Positions 63,700 through 64,000 of a DNA stretch of 64,000 bases are shown here, piece by piece. Source of the DNA: Octopus sinensis. Lineage: Eukaryota. The position numbers and the translations under genes are program-made. The stretch is taken from positions 62,001-126,000 of the forward strand of contig NC_043023.1 of assembly GCF_006345805.1 (NCBI RefSeq). Reading direction: 5' to 3'. Below the pieces are notes generated by a model. It was given only the letters and a program-made list of their open reading frames with translations, was not told where the DNA came from and searched no databases. Numbering within the stretch: the stretch's first letter is position 1; each line of letters starts with the position of its first letter.

Positions 63700-64000
63700 A
63701 CGACCTCTCTTGGTCATGAACGACCATGAGATTGCAGTTAGGAAGTTCCCTTCCATGGCACAAATCTGGGCAAGGTTGTTTATGGAAGACCAGCAGTTAC
63801 CTGTGCATACCAGCCTCCCCTCTACATACCCCTGATGTTATCCTACAGAAAGGTAAAGGTTGCTACAGCTTGGCACCAATTATGTCACAAATCATTTCTA
63901 AAGCTAAGTAAACATGAAATAAAGTGTCTTACTCAAGAACACGACACACAGCCTGATCTTAGAACTGAACTCAATACCTCATGATTGTAAGCTCAATACT
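63700..64000 (-). mobile_element. SINE (family C-type head, different body), cut by the window end
   Basis: tgaaataaagtgtcttactcaagaacac...gaactcaatacctcatgattgtaag head/CORE-like segment. Confidence 0.6.

Overview
Repeat-saturated, AT-rich animal DNA, most likely octopus. That assignment is an inference from recalled resemblance to octopus tRNA-derived SINEs plus extreme GATA/TA/TAA microsatellite load. There is no prokaryote-type gene, rRNA, true tRNA or CRISPR array, and almost every ORF in the supplied track is a microsatellite or low-complexity artefact. The only convincing host-gene signal is a probable first coding exon on the minus strand (18417-18331; ATG, signal-peptide-like MPLLHSLVLLLASSAISQLEA, then AAG|GTAAAC donor), preceded by a GC/CpG-rich leader. 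No second exon was recognisable in 1-18330. The rest is nested mobile DNA: four tRNA-SINE families (my labels A-D), a 14-kb pile-up of R4/Dong-type retrotransposons in (TAA)n arrays (one with scrambled domain order), RTE, CR1 and L1/Tx1 remnants, and a Penelope-like element with an inverted pseudo-LTR. There is also a short repeat carrying a minimal hammerhead-ribozyme motif, mariner (DD34D), maT (DD37D), Tigger and hAT elements/MITEs, non-autonomous Helitrons, several fold-back MITEs and two local tandem duplications. Coordinates were read by eye; repeat ends may be off by a few to tens of bases, and family names recalled from memory need database confirmation.
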